From Schmidtea polychroa (taxonomy: Eukaryota), in the NCBI GenBank assembly GCA_044892525.1, contig CM097885.1, forward strand, positions 22,880,001 through 22,940,000: a stretch of DNA of 60,000 nucleotides, written 5' to 3'. Under the pieces are notes generated by a model. That model was not told the origin of the DNA. It worked only from the letters and a program-made list of their open reading frames with translations, and did not search any database. Positions 1-14,490 of this stretch are shown one piece after another. The stretch's first letter is position 1. Each line of letters starts with the position of its first letter. The position numbers and the translations under genes are program-made.

Positions 1-1078
1 ATTTTTCTTTCATTTCTATTGCAAATTTCATTTTTATGTTTAAAATACACATTTCGTGTTTTCAGACTTTGTTGTTAACATTTTAATGATCCTTATGTGT
101 AAAAATGGCGGAAAATAACCAAAGTGAAGAACAATGTGAATTGAAGACGAGTTGCTGCTAGAGAAAATGCGAGAAATCGTCGTGGAGCAAACAGTTCCAA
201 AGGCTTGCTGCTGAAACAGGACTTCGTCAAATCGACGATCCTCAGAATGATCCTCACAAATGAGTGCAGATCGAATTCAAAGGGGTTCTCAATCTTCTAA
301 AATGTGGAATTTGTTTTACCTCCGTGAATATTTCACGGGTAGAAAATAATGTGAAAGAAAATAACAAGCTGATAACTGAATATTTAAGATATTTTTTTGC
401 TACTTTAATATGATTTTACATTGTTTTTGTGTAGTTATTATGGCCCAAGTGAAAATGTTTTAAATGTTGAACTATTGACATTCAGATAAATATTCTACTT
501 AGATATTTTGTATGTTTTTTAATTTAATTATTTTTAATCCAATGAAAATGAAATTAATCGATAATCTTATGTGCAACCGATATATGTTATCGTGCAACTG
601 CCCCCTTGCGATAACCGATAATGTTAATCAGTTTTTGGTAACTACGAAATTCTTTGGTTGGAAATTTTTTAATTGGTTAATTGAGTTTTAGCGAGATTTC
701 AAAAAATATTTTATTATAACTAAGGAAACGAGCCAGATTTTACCTTAGTTACCAACAACAAATAGATGTTTCATCTTTTGTTCAACAAACACATACTATC
801 AAAACCCAGAAAAAATGTTTTCGTTCTCTTTGAATCCAAGGAAAAACAAAATTAATCGATAATTTTCAAAATTAATTCTATGTCCAAATTTTAAAAAATA
901 TAGATTTCTGATAATAATCGATAATCTACAAAAATAATGTTCCCAGTGTAATATAACATATAAATGGGAACTTTGAATTCAAAATTCCGCCAAAAATAGC
1001 TTTAATATATTTTCAATGGAATTGTTATTAATTTATTAAAATATATAAAAAAAACAAGTGGAAATTTCATTTATAAGC

Positions 1079-1771
1079 TTACTTCTCATTGCCAACATCA
1101 TTCAAAATGTTATTATTCGTGTCAAACTCCAGCAAGCTTATTGTTGTATAAATGAACTCGGTGCATAATTGAGAATCAAGACTTGTTATACACCTTTTGC
1201 AATGTTCATTTTCATTTTTAACTGAAATCCAATTCGTCAAATCTGGTATTGATTTGAGGAAAACATTTTTAAATAAATTATGATTAGATTCGTTTAAATT
1301 TTTTATTAATGGACAGAAAATCGAATGCTTCCCAGATTGTCTTGATAGTTTTACGAATTGCATAATTTGTACCATATATTTATCATGGTAATAGATTAAA
1401 AAATATTTTAAATAATGAGTTAAAAATAATTCAATTTCATTATAAAAAATGAAATTTCTTTTATCAGTCAATATTTTTACAAACTAAAAATTAGTCAACT
1501 TCTTAAAATCGTTAAACAATTTACCATTTCCAAATTGAAATTATTCATTGAGAAAAATTCCATAAATACACATTTTGAAATAATTAAATTATTCGATTTG
1601 TTAGACAGATTAATACTTTCAGTTTTTTTATATACAGATTTCGAATAAATTTGAAATAAAAAAACCATTAGATTCGACTTGATATCATTTGTTATATAAA
1701 TTTTAATAAGATTAGAAATTTCCAAACTAAATTTCGACGTCAAAGGTCCACTGCATTGAATATCAAATCCC
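1079..1771 (-). other. Possible host coding exons of an unidentified gene
   Basis: Two adjacent same-strand ORFs (130 and 82 aa) with protein-like composition in AT-rich DNA; no recognisable motif, exon boundaries not resolved. Confidence 0.25.
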
Positions 1772-4700
1772 TGAATTAAAATTAAAAATTATTTTGTCAA
1801 TGTAATTATTTTACATCAGCCTCTAGAGTATTAAAAACTAGCTGAATAATATCTATTTCAGATGTAAGACTTTCAGATAACATACGGTTTTTAAATTTTT
1901 AAACTTATGTTAACGAATATATAAACAACTTTGTTTAGAACTATTTAGAATACTGAATATTTATGATAAAATGGATTATTAATATCTTAATTATAATTTT
2001 TAATATTATAAGAACTTTTTTTCCAATTTCACTACTGATTTTTTTTCCATTGTATTTATTAAAAAGAGCTTGAAGACTATAAATAAGTAAATATATCGAT
2101 GTTTTTGATATTCACGAATTTTCAGCACTGACTTTTTCAAGTGAATTTTTAAGTCAAATTTTCTGATTTTTCTAAGAAGTATATTTTCCACAACTAAATT
2201 CTATTTCCTTGAACATCAATTCTGTACTTGTCACAATTTTATATTTATATGTTTCATTCAATTTCCATTTTATTTTCATTAAATATTTCATTTTAGTTTA
2301 GAGACCTCAACAATATCCAAAAACGCAATTGAAATATAAAGCGAATGCAACAAAAATATGTAGATTATTAAAAATATTTGCAACTCTATCAGTGATATTG
2401 TGTGTAATGGCAATAGCGTCACTACACCAAACACCACTGAGAACCGTTTCCTATAATATAACAAAAAAATCAATAATCTTACATTATAGAAACATACATA
2501 CTTACTTTGATTTCACGTTGATGTTTTCATTTATAGCTCAGTGAGATACATCTTATACTATAAAAATCTGAAAAGTGGAAGAAAAATTACAAACTGCTCA
2601 CAAACGCAACGCATATTAAAAAACACATACAAACTTTTGATTCGTCGAAATGTAACGATGGGATACGTTTCTATAATAAATTTATTTTACACAATTTTTA
2701 GAAAAAAAATGTCGTTGAAAATTTTTTAAAATTATATTTTTAATGATAATATCAAGAGCAGATGAATTTGGTTCAATATCTTTTTACTCCAGATTTGATT
2801 TCCTTAAAGAATTGAGCTCAGAAAAAAAAATTACATAAATTAAAAAAATTATTTTAATCAGCGATTTTTCCCAAAATGTTTTTAAAAAATGCACATTTTT
2901 GGTGATTTATTTATTTATTAATTAATTATAATTAAAACTATATCGGATTAACATTTTTTAGAAATAATTCCAAGATAAATATCATAAAATTCCTAAAAAA
3001 ACCTTGAAAAATAATTAAAATTAATTTATAATTATACTGTTGATTAAAAGTAATATTTAAGAACTTGAATAATGATCTCATATCTCATATGGATCAGAAT
3101 TCAAGTGTTAAAATTTACTTTAAAAAAAAATTATTTGAAAGCCATTTGTAAAATGGCTAAAATAAATTTCCAAATAAATTTCAATTTCATGATAAATGAA
3201 TAAATGTGATGATGAGTAAATCGGTGAGTGAATCGGTGAGAAATTGTTCTACACGCCAACCACCATTATAGAGAACGTATCTCAGTGGTGTTTGGTGTAT
3301 CGGGTACAAGCCGCATCAAGTTACAACAAAATGAAAAATTTGACAGAGAAGACAGAATTCTGTCTAGTTAAGTTCCATAACCTATCGTAGTTAAATACAT
3401 GAGTGGGCACAGAGTGCCACTTTGTAGACCGTATGGTGCTTATATGAATACAAGATTCAGAACTGTTTGGATCAAAATCATGAGTAATTTGTATAAGTGT
3501 CAAGTCACGTGATTTCATGCAATTCAAAACGTTGTTTACATACTCCTTTTTTTGTAAATAAATAATCTTGTGAAATTTATACTTTTATTTCATACTATCT
3601 GTATGTGTGTGGTTTATTATGAGAGGTCCTTTTCAAAATTGAAACTCGTAAAGAACAATCAATAGTTCTTCATTGGACTGTCAAGACTTTCTGATATGGC
3701 TTTATTATCCTTTGAAAAATACGAAATTTTGATTTTGATGCAGTTCTCGGATGCATAACATCATATTTTTACAGTAAATTTTATTGTTTAAATTGTTTTT
3801 TCTTATGTCCTTATTAACCTTTGACTTATTTTACAAACATTACTATCGTCAACTACGTATGGTCTATTAAACGAAGACTGTGAAGAGGAAAATGTTTCCA
3901 CGGTGGAAGTTTGACTTGAGCGAGTGGGTAACACAAACCAAAGTGGCGTCTATGCGTAAATTAAAGATCTTTTCAAAGCTATGGAGGCTGAAAATCTATT
4001 TGAGAAAAACAGTAATACAAGAAGATGTAAAAGATTAAGATTTGCTAAATATGCATCGAAATATTGAAGGTGACATAAACGATGTTATCAATGAGCTGGC
4101 AAAGATAAAAGAAGATTAAATTTAAATTTATAATTAGTTTATGGAATTTTTTTAGAAATTAAATTTTTATTTTTTGCGCAGTACCTCCTAGATTTAATGT
4201 TTTTTCTTTTATGTATTTGAACCAAATTAGTGGAATGTAAAAATTATTAGTGAAATAATTAATAAAATTGGAATTAAGACTTCAGCTAAATTTTCCGTTA
4301 TCTTTTAAGCTTTCTCAGCGGTTACGCCTTATTTTGTTAACCACTACAGGACAAAATAGAGGGTTCAAACCTGATTACAACTAATTCTATTTTACATTGT
4401 TTTTACATGCCAAGTAAGCCATTAATGTTATCCAGTGTTTCTATTAGTCCTTTCTGTCCAAGTTCATAGATATATCTACACTAGTTCTCTATTAATGCAT
4501 TTATACTATTAATATAAGATTTCAAACACTATGATAGTTCTGTACACTTTATTTCCAAAGTTTTCACCTTTTATGCATTAATGTCTTTTTAGAGACCTTT
4601 GTACAGCTCTTGGATGTACTTTAAAATTTCATTTTCGTTAATAATTCTGTACAAAATATTATTGGCTAACTATCAGTTGTTTATCTCGTTGTTTCCAGTT

Positions 4701-5498
4701 CTTTGATTCGGATCTCTTTGTATATTTGTTTCAACTCCATTTCTTGATTTATGTATTCAAATTTGATCACCAATGATAATTGTCTTATTCTTTTTATTCT
4801 TTTAGCTGTAGTCGTTGTATTTTCCCCAATTTTTTGTCTTTTTATAATTACCGTTGTAATTCTAATTGCTGTTGAACTTCTTTGATCCCGTGTCTTTATT
4901 ATCTGTATCCGGCTGCTTCTTTAGTTTATAACCAGACTATATATTTGGTATTTGCTTTCAAATTTCACACATATCCGTTAAATTCGTTTTATCCATGTTA
5001 ATATTATTACTAATTGGTTGCTGCCGATTGTTGTTCATACTTGTATTCTTAAAATTTCCCTAGCTTTTGCCGTTGATGCCATTCTACTTGCAATATTTAC
5101 AAGATGCCTGACTCTTTTGAGCCGGCACTGTTTGAGTCTAAGATTTATACCAAATTGAACTTTTACCAGATAAATTCAAATTCAGTTTATTTCATTTTCT
5201 TCAAATTTTAAGAAAACAGATCATTTATGTTTGAATTAATTAATGGTATTTTAATTATTAAATCAGTATTTTATTCATTTTTGTTTAATTAATTAATAAT
5301 TAATAATTAAAAAATATTTTATTAGTAAATTATATCATTTTCCATATATCTTTATTATTTTACCACAACGATGGACATAGTATCTTTCCAAAAATCTGAT
5401 TTAAATATTTTTCACAGACAAATATGAAAATATTTTGATTTCATTTAGTCTTTGAACAATATTTTCATTTCAGCATAAATCTGAAAATTAGTTCATCA

Positions 5499-5533
<35 letters not shown>

Positions 5534-6318
5534 CATTAGTATAAAGCAGTGTTGTCCAAACTGTGTGCCGTGGCGAGTGACCAGGTGTGCCGTGAAATTT
5601 TTTTAAAAATAAGTCAAAAAACCCGGTTTTTCCAAACAACTTAATAAAAGGAAATTGAATTGTGGATATTTTAACAGTTATTTCAAATTTAAATGTTAAT
5701 CAGTCAATTAAATCAAAGAAGCAGGAACGTATGGTTAACATTGATCAAGAATTAAGAGTTTGTTTGTCAAAAACTCCACCACAATTGGAACTTATTTGTT
5801 CGGAACATCAAGCATATAAATCTAGGATTAATTAAATTTTAAACAATTAAATGATAATTTAAGCAAATTTAAGAAATTGACAAGGACTATCGTATAGTTG
5901 AAATTTTTTCCATTTTTATTAAATATATTATTCCCAGCAAAAGGCTTAAATAATAATAATAAGAATTGTAAGACCTACACGTTTTTTGACAATCTATTTT
6001 ATCACATTTTCATAATATTTAAATAACGTAATTTATTTAATATTACATTATTATATACATCCCTTCCAGATTCGCCTGAATCTTCAACAACTTTTCTAAC
6101 AACACTCAAGTGCCGTGGCATATCATATCCGTTACTTCTGAATAAACATAAATGGTTTTATGACATGTCAGAATTATTATCTTTCTGTCCATTTTTTATT
6201 CAGGTTCGATTTTATTCATGTCAGGTCACCAGCAGAATGTTTTCCTTCGATTATAATTTCATTTTTATTGTGGCCTTGCAAGTACAGTCTTGGTTTATAG
6301 TTATATATAACTCTAGAG

Positions 6319-6367
6319 CAGTGGTTCTCAACATCGGGGTTGCGAACCCTGATGGGGTCGCCATATT

Positions 6368-6410
<43 letters not shown>

Positions 6411-6936
6411 GAAAAATTGTTTCCAATCCTTCTGGTAAATAGTATATAACAGGGGTCGAAAAATGGCTCGCAAGTGGAATGCGGATATTTTGAGAGTTTT
6501 ACTATGGCTCTGGAAAACGAAATTTTCTAAAATATTTCATTAGAACATAATAATTTTTTAATATACAGTTTTTTAAAAACTATAAAAGATTACTAAAGAT
6601 TATTAAGAAAAAGCATAAACATTGTCTATCAAATATATTTTAATTTAAAAATTTTCCTATTACCTTTCAGTATGGTAAGGAAAATTTACGGTAACAATTC
6701 ATAAAAAATGCCATATTTCGCGTAATAAATTTACAAAAAAAATTATACAAAAAATATTTTTCAACCTCTTTATTAATTAAAAAAATATTTTTGCATTAAT
6801 AAAAACTTTCAAGTTTAAATAGATGGTCAATTTTTCAAAAAAATTCAATAAAATCATTCATTTCTAAAAAATTTGGGTCGTGACGTCGTAAAAAAATATC
6901 AATGGGGTCGCCAACACAAAAGGATGAGAACCACTG
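6319..6936. mobile_element. Non-autonomous hAT-type DNA transposon (MITE)
   Basis: TIRs CAGTGGTTCTCA...TGAGAACCACTG, subterminal GGGTCG motifs, 8-bp TSD CTCTAGAG at 6311-6318 and 6937-6944. Confidence 0.9.
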
Positions 6937-6944
6937 CTCTAGAG

Positions 6945-8110
6945 GGACATATATTATTGTTGTTTGGTATATAGTTAACCCAATACACAGCTTTTCCGTT
7001 CGTTCTAGAGGATCTAGCTGCTAGTGATTTGATTGACCTATGACTGCGTTCAATGATCCGGTTTCCAGGGGAGTGGTTCACCGTTCTAAACACTAACTTC
7101 ATATTCCACTTATCTACTAACTCTTGAAACTTCCTGGGTCTAAATGACAAATAATTATTTAATAATATCTTCCTTGAACGTCCTCGTTTATATAACACTT
7201 CATTTAATGCATATTTCTACATTTTCATTTTAAATATTCTTCCAGATTGGATATCTTGCTGGCCCACAATCAATAATTGTTAAGTATTTTTTTAGCAAAT
7301 TTAGTTACCTCTATTTCTAAGCGACACAAATTTTTATCAAAACTTAATCCACATTTTCCCAATCCATTATTCACATTTCATAGTCCCGTTTCCGATTCTA
7401 AGAACTGCATATAAGTTTTCCCAACATGGTATTTCATGTGAATTTTTAATAACATCTCTTTCGAGCTTTTTGAACTAGATAACGATGCGACTTCCTTTTG
7501 TTAACCATTCAGTCCACTGGTACTCTCATTAGTACATCAGGCTTGTTATTCGCTATAGATACGAACTCAAAGCCCATATTAAGTTCATACTCAATACCTA
7601 GATTCTTTAAAAGCTCCAATCTTCGTTGTATTAACAACTCTGAATTTGCCTTTTAATGTCTTTTTTGTCGTTTTATAATATACTTTTAACCTAGCACACA
7701 ACTAATTTACTATCAGATTTCATTTTAATGTACGTTAGGTTCCATTTGATGCATAAATTAATGCTCTTCTTGAATTATTAGATTTCTTCAACTATCAATC
7801 AACTTTAACAATCGAGACTATTATATGTAGTGCTATTCCAAAGACGATTGAACTTGCGTTGCACTACTTTAAACTTGTCTGATTGTTAGGAACGTTTTAA
7901 ATACCCGACGAAGGGATTTTTGTATTCTTTTATCTAATAACCATTTTACTTTCTCAAAAATATGGTGTTCTACCAAATCATCCCAATTTCACTGAATAAT
8001 CTTTTGATTTATGAGAAAGCTGGGCGCAATCAACGTTCCCTCTAATTCCCTCTAAGATGCGAAGAAATAATTTTACACCCTTTGCTGGATGCAATTAAAG
8101 GCCTGTGCGA
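6945..8110 (-). pseudogene. Degenerate Gypsy-like LTR retrotransposon pol remnant (RNase H/integrase)
   Basis: ORF 6899-7198 contains an integrase-like segment (HSPGNRIIERSHRSIK..AVYWVN); upstream fragments resemble the RNase H end (NNKPDVLMRVP); many stops. Boundaries approximate. Confidence 0.65.
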
Positions 8111-8410
8111 ACAGGAAAAGGTGTCAGACACAAGCAAGCATGTTGGTTTAATAGTTTAGAAGACATATATAGAGTTTTATAGTTTATATAGTGAGCAATG
8201 TTTACAATTTTTAAATCATCTTCTTCCTCCACTTCCATTTTTAACAAAAAAATAACACAAAACTAATGGTACAAATGGTAGAAAAATAAACACTTCAATG
8301 CTAATTACTCTAGAATCACTCATTTTGAATTTTAAATTCAAAGCATAAACTTGTTATGTATCTGACACTATTACAAATAGCAATCAGCAATATATACCAT
8401 AGTATAAACC

Positions 8411-9395
8411 TGTTGGGTTATTGAGTTGGTGATAAATTTCAAATGTTACTCTGACTCCAAGCTTGTCTTTATATGATTCACAAATAACACTTGACAACAG
8501 AAATCTTTATTGATAATCACAAATAAACTTTCACTTGACACTGACAATAAATTCAACACTCTGCTTGGTGACTATACAATGCTTATTACAACACTCGGTG
8601 AGGAATAGCGCTTGTGTATAACACCGGGTTTAAAGATCACAAATTACTGATTGGTTTCTAAACTGGAATTTTGAGCTGGTTGTTTTCTTTGACTTTCTTC
8701 ACAACTTTATTCGAATAATCAAACAACTTCTTTTCGTTTTATTTTTCAACTAATTCTTTTCTTCAACTATTCTCCAATAATTATTCTCCACAATTATTTC
8801 CTTTGCAATTATTTTGACAAACGTTTGTCCAACAACGTTTCCTCCAACGTCTAATTTTCTCCAATAACTTTTTCTCTCAAATCGTCTTCCAAATTGTTTT
8901 TAATTTCGCGTCACTTTGTCTCTAATTTTCTTCTCTTCTTTCATGTCCACCAGTTTTCCCTTATATAGTTCACTTCTCTTGTGGCACTCCAGATAATCAA
9001 GTGTTTTTCCATTTTCCTTCTCCTGCTTTCCCCGACTGTCCCATTTTAATCTCTGACAGCTGTCAAGTTGTTTTCCCTTTTCCTTTTTTTGTTTGACCGC
9101 CTTCTCCCAATAATTCTGTTATCACTGGCTAGCTGTCGAGATAAGGATATTGTTGTTTTCCTTTTTCCCCGATTTCAAAATTCCTTTTCCTTTTTGTACT
9201 AATTAATTAGTACTGATCTTGATTTTTATTTTCCTGTTTGATTCCTTTTATTTCCTTTATCTTTCTCACTTTTAATTTCTGTTCACTTCCGTTTTCTTTT
9301 CTGAGTTTCTATAGATCGTCCCGTTTGTCATGGCGATCTTCCCCCAGGTAATTTTATTTATTTATTTGTAAATTGTTATTTAGGTATCCTCAACA
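8411..9395. mobile_element. Probable solo LTR
   Basis: Begins TGTTG, ends CAACA, flanked by 4-bp direct repeat AACC; no coding capacity. Confidence 0.6.
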
Positions 9396-10751
9396 AACCG
9401 AAAATAAGGACGGCTTGGCAGTAAGTTGAGAAAATTTGATTACTAAACTGAATTCAAGCGTTTAAATTGAACTATGTGACTTGCTTGGTAGTAATTAGAT
9501 CCTATTAAATAGACTTTTGTTCTTTAAATTGGAAGCAAAGTATATAACGAAAATAAAAAGCAACAAAAAATGATAGATTTCTTAATTTTTAGAATAATTT
9601 CTAATTAAAATCACTAACTGGGATACCCGGTGTTGCCAATGGCAATATAAGTTGTGTTGTAAAATTGTTTTCCTTCAGTAAAAACACTAATTGCACTAAT
9701 GAATATAACCACAAAATAAATAAGAAGTTGAAGAGTTAAGCAAAGAATCTTACCAATATGTTGTTTATTGGTACTTTACTCAGTAACCAGAAAACAGGAT
9801 CAGTAAATAATGTACTCTCACGAGGTCAAAATTTTGGGTAGAAAGTAGCCTATAATCTCGGCCTGGGTAAAAAAGGAAGCTGTCCAAATGTTGGTTGAGA
9901 TGTCTTCAGAAATTTGGATTTGTATAACGAACATACAGACAGAGAGACAGACACAAATTCACGATTATATATTAGACTAGCTGATACCCGTCAAAAATGA
10001 CGGAATCATGTCATCAATCCAAATACATAATTCTCCATTTGTATTGTTAAAAAAAATTCAATATGTGGTTTAATTCTTATTAATTATAATTTATTAAAGG
10101 AAAATTGAGTAACATAGGGACTAAAAAAGAATTAATGGTCCGAATTGGACAAATTGTATATCAATCGTTAGAGGAAGGACGATTTTCAGAAAACATTAAA
10201 ATATGTTGTCGATCAAAATTAAAAGTTATAATAAAATTTGCCATTTGGTGATTTTAATTAAGCATTATTCCATAATCACTCATTCCCATACATAGATAGA
10301 GAATTATGTATTTAGATAACTAAAGAAATATTGATTATTAGTAAATAAAATATAATAATAGAAATCGACTTATGGCGTTAAAATCAAAAATAAAGTAACA
10401 GAGAGAATAGCATGTTATAAAAATGAAAAGTACAAAATCTCACAACTATTTTAATTTGTCTGAATTTATAGGTTAATATCAAAAAATGACAGTGAATTAA
10501 AATGTTTCCAATAATACCTAGCATTAGAAAAAAATGACGATTGACAAACGAAAAATTCATACGCCATCTAAAATATCAAATTTGCACCATTTACGATAAA
10601 ATAAACTATATTTTTTTGGGCTATCAAAAAATATCTAAGTTTGCGGGTTTGGCATCAATGATAGGTCCCTGTAAATTTTTAACACACCCACCCACCAACA
10701 TGTATGGGTTTTATAGTTTCGAAGACATATTTAGAGTTTCATAGTTTAGAT

Positions 10752-11001
10752 CAGGGGTGGGGAACCTTTTTATATCCATAGGCCACATTGAAATTTGTCG
10801 CCTTCAAATGAGGCCGCAGTCAAAAAGTATTTCGTTTATATTTCGTTCTTTGTGCTCGGCGGGATGCTTGTACAGTACGGTATATATACAATTCAGTAGT
10901 TACAAGCATTTTTATTTGTAAATCCTCAAAATTCATGGTTTTTTATATAGATTAAGATTTATTTTTATAAGGCTCCGGAGGCCGCAGGTTCCCCACCCCT
11001 G
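10752..11001. mobile_element. hAT-type MITE
   Basis: TIRs CAGGGGTGGGGAACC...GGTTCCCCACCCCTG with 8-bp TSD GTTTAGAT (10744-10751, 11002-11009). Confidence 0.92.
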
Positions 11002-11007
11002 GTTTAG

Positions 11008-11187
<180 letters not shown>

Positions 11188-11411
11188 TTTTCTATTAATT
11201 TTTTTCAACTGTAAAACATAATATTCCCTAAAATATTCATTAGGAGAAATTCATAACTTACTATGACTTATAATATTATTTTAGCCTGAAAATTGACACA
11301 CGCGATCAAGCAAGGAAGCAAATATTAATATAGTACAGTAACTGTTACACAACATTCGCCTTACATCGCCTTACATATTTCTGTCAACTCTTATCTACCA
11401 CAAATGGACCA

Positions 11412-12866
11412 ATGAAATTCAATTTAGAATTTAGGTTAATTATGTCTTTAAACTGGGATGATTGTTTGGCAGCAATGGTAATATGCTTAAACTTCTTTAT
11501 GCTAGGTATCCAGGAAAGCAGTTTATATACAATATTGCCAAAATATTTGGTTGATGAACCTGTCAATGCTACAACAAATTTGACCTTCCAACACAATACA
11601 AGTCGTACAATATTCCAATGCCATTTGCAAAAGCCTCCATATTTTATTGTTAGTATGATATTCCTATCTAAAAGTCTTGCTCAATTCTTTTTTAACTGCA
11701 TTATTGGTTGTTTTGTGGATAAAGTGAATAATTTTATCATTTTACTAAGCGCTCAAGGCCTCGGAATTATAATCGCGTTGATTTATGCATTGAATAATTC
11801 TATTACAATGTATATAGTTGGTCGACTCTTAGATGCTTTTGTTAGTTGCTCTTTATTTATCGGAGGTTTTTCAATTGTTTCAAAATTGTTTAGTAACGTT
11901 AATACGAGAGGACGATATTTCGGTTTGGGTAATACTTTGTATTTTGTCAGTCATTCTATCGGTCCAGTTTATGGTGCTGAAGTCGACGTAAGACTGGGAA
12001 AATCAGCAGTTTTCTTTTTACTCATACCCTTATGGATTGCTACTATGTCAGCTACATTTATATTGAACCGAAGAACACAGAAACGATCTAACAAATCCAA
12101 GAATAAAATAACTGAAAACTTTTCAAACAATAAAACGCCTGATGAAATGGATGAATTAAGCAATCCCAATGAATTGAAAATAGAAATTATTATTTCTTCA
12201 GATTCTAAAGTGCCTGAAACATATCCTAATTTGACAAGAGAAAAAAATATTCAAAAAGAAAGCAAGAAGACATTTATGAAATTATATAAAATAATGAAAA
12301 ATCCATACGTTTTATCATGTCTCTGTCAACTGTTCATTGTTAATCTCAGTATGTTTGCGTTGCCAGCAACACTGCCTTCGTGGATGGGGTTCCGATTGTG
12401 CGCAACGGAAATTCAGCAAGGATTGGTTTGGGCTTTTGGATTTATTGGATATATGAGCGGGGTTGGATTGGTTGTACTGTTACTTAAGTGCGCTTATCGG
12501 CTGCGCTTTTTTTCACCAATAATAGCGCAGATTATTGTTGGAATTTTATTGATTTTATTGCCATTCAGTTATGATTGGCGCTTGCTGTTCATTCCGATTA
12601 TTGGCATGTATTTCAGCGTTGGTGTTATTGAGCAAGTACTTTTTCCCTTGACAACATACCTGGCAGATCATCACTTCAATTCCGATTACGGCTCAATGGC
12701 ATCTTTAACTTCTCAATCTCTCACACTCAGTGGAATAGTTGGAACCTTATCAAGTGGTCCAATAGCACAGAGATTTGGGTTTCGGTCTTTGTGTATCAGT
12801 CTAGGAACTATAAACTTATTATTTTGTCTTTTATCATTACCTCATCAAAAATTGTTACAGTCTTAA
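11412..12866 (+). CDS. Intronless MFS transporter, SLC18 (VMAT/VAChT)-like
   Basis: 484 aa with about 12 hydrophobic segments and a central hydrophilic loop; LSKSLAQFFFNCIIGCFVDKV resembles the SLC18 TM2/loop (FASKA..Q...NP..G...D), plus GR in TM4 and GPVYG in TM5. Confidence 0.8.
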   Translation: MKFNLEFRLIMSLNWDDCLAAMVICLNFFMLGIQESSLYTILPKYLVDEPVNATTNLTFQHNTSRTIFQCHLQKPPYFIVSMIFLSKSLAQFFFNCIIGCFVDKVNNFIILLSAQGLGIIIALIYALNNSITMYIVGRLLDAFVSCSLFIGGFSIVSKLFSNVNTRGRYFGLGNTLYFVSHSIGPVYGAEVDVRLGKSAVFFLLIPLWIATMSATFILNRRTQKRSNKSKNKITENFSNNKTPDEMDELSNPNELKIEIIISSDSKVPETYPNLTREKNIQKESKKTFMKLYKIMKNPYVLSCLCQLFIVNLSMFALPATLPSWMGFRLCATEIQQGLVWAFGFIGYMSGVGLVVLLLKCAYRLRFFSPIIAQIIVGILLILLPFSYDWRLLFIPIIGMYFSVGVIEQVLFPLTTYLADHHFNSDYGSMASLTSQSLTLSGIVGTLSSGPIAQRFGFRSLCISLGTINLLFCLLSLPHQKLLQS

Positions 12867-13748
12867 TATAAGATTTAATTAATTTTTATAAATATTTTGA
12901 AATTTTTTACTATTTTAATATTACTATAAAATTAGGAATGACTTTCAATTTTAATTTATTTATTAATAAAATTAATTCAATCACTGGTAATTGAAATAAA
13001 TTTGGAAATTTTTTTTTAGTTTTACAGTAAACTTTACTGAATGAAATTTTCGCTTAAACTGTCACATTTACAATAATTATTATTATTTTAAAATTAAGTT
13101 TTAAAGTGATAATTAAAGGATCTCGTCGGTATCATGTAAGAAACTCGATAACATCCTGGATCGAAGGCAGCAACTTTATGACCAGACCCTAGAATTGGGT
13201 TACTACATCAGCAGGTCTCATCAAATATCGCATTAAATATCTTTTTATTTTAATTCTTAATTTTATTCACTAAGTCATAGGAACTACAAAATCATTTGAT
13301 TCTATTTTATTACTTACAGCTACCGGATACTACAGCAAACTTTAATTGTGTTTACACTCATGTGGTGGCACAAGAATGATACTGTTCATACGCATATTTC
13401 TAAAATATCAAATATATTTGATATGAATGGTATACAAAAATATTGGTATTTGATGTAGCTTGGTGGTGGAGTGGTCAGATTTTGGGGTATGATCACACTT
13501 GGATTCGAGTTTCTTATGTTGAGGATCTATATTTGGGTAAAAAATATTGTCATTATTATAGTTAGCATCAGAAATATTTTAGTTGAAATTAATATTGTTA
13601 TTATTATTTATATTATTATTTGTTTTAATGTGATAAAATTGTTTTGATTACCTTTATATTGAAATCGGAAATTTTTAAATATCTGAATAAATCAAATCTA
13701 ATTAAACTAAGAATCACGGTTTTATTTACATCAACTATCATGTTTGAC

Positions 13749-14194
13749 CAGGGCCGTAACAAGGCATTATTGCGTCCAGTGCGGTTCATATATCTGGCGC
13801 CCCTAAAACCTAAATTCAAATCAGCCTACATAATAATTATAATATTCATGTTGAGATTGTTAATTATGTATTCATCTCCAGCTATTATATTAGGTAGTAA
13901 TGCTCTTAAAATTCTGTTGCTAATTGAAAACATGACCGGAGCCCATTTTGTGGACTAACATTTTTTTAAATACACACCTACGAAGGCACGCTAATGGACC
14001 AGTCCAATCAGCAATGTTAAATATAGGCTAGTTAGTGTGTTGTTTTTTTCGTGCAGGCCATTTGATAATTTCTTTTATTTATATTTTGTTATTTTTTGGT
14101 AACATTAAAAAAATGTTACATTCCAATTTTGCGACCCTTTCAGATGTGCGCCCTGTGCGATTGCACCGCTCGCACCACCCTTGTTACGGCCCTG
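13749..14194. mobile_element. hAT-type MITE
   Basis: TIRs CAGGGCCGTAACAAGG...CCTTGTTACGGCCCTG with 8-bp TSD TGTTTGAC (13741-13748, 14195-14202). Confidence 0.9.
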
Positions 14195-14259
14195 TGTTTG
14201 ACTCCAATTGCATAAGCCAACAAAGCATGCTCTAGAGTTTGACCATTTTTTGAAATACC

Positions 14260-14490
14260 AGCTTCAGATTCACCAATAATCATCAAACCCTTTCCTTTTC
14301 GATAAAGGGTTTTTGTATTCACCAGCTGCTTAGCTAGCACCGTATTGCAACATTTGATTGCAGACGGTCTCCGGTTTAATTTCAAATCACAATGAGCCAT
14401 ATTCAAATATAACTTCACAACATGACCCCATCGAATTTTCTCCTCGTCATCGTCTAATGGCATAGCATATAATATATCCAATCTTCATAA
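14260..14490 (-). pseudogene. TPR fragment of an FKBP-type immunophilin (FKBP6/Shutdown-like); isolated exon or gene fragment
   Basis: [13 protein letters not shown]...AIKCCNTVL...[17 protein letters not shown] matches the immunophilin TPR consensus (LNxAxCxLKL...KALYRRGxA); flanking exons not found. Confidence 0.6.

Noticed and set aside
9610..10010. Helitron-like short element ends
   Set aside because: Motifs are suggestive but I could not define boundaries or a diagnostic hairpin with confidence.
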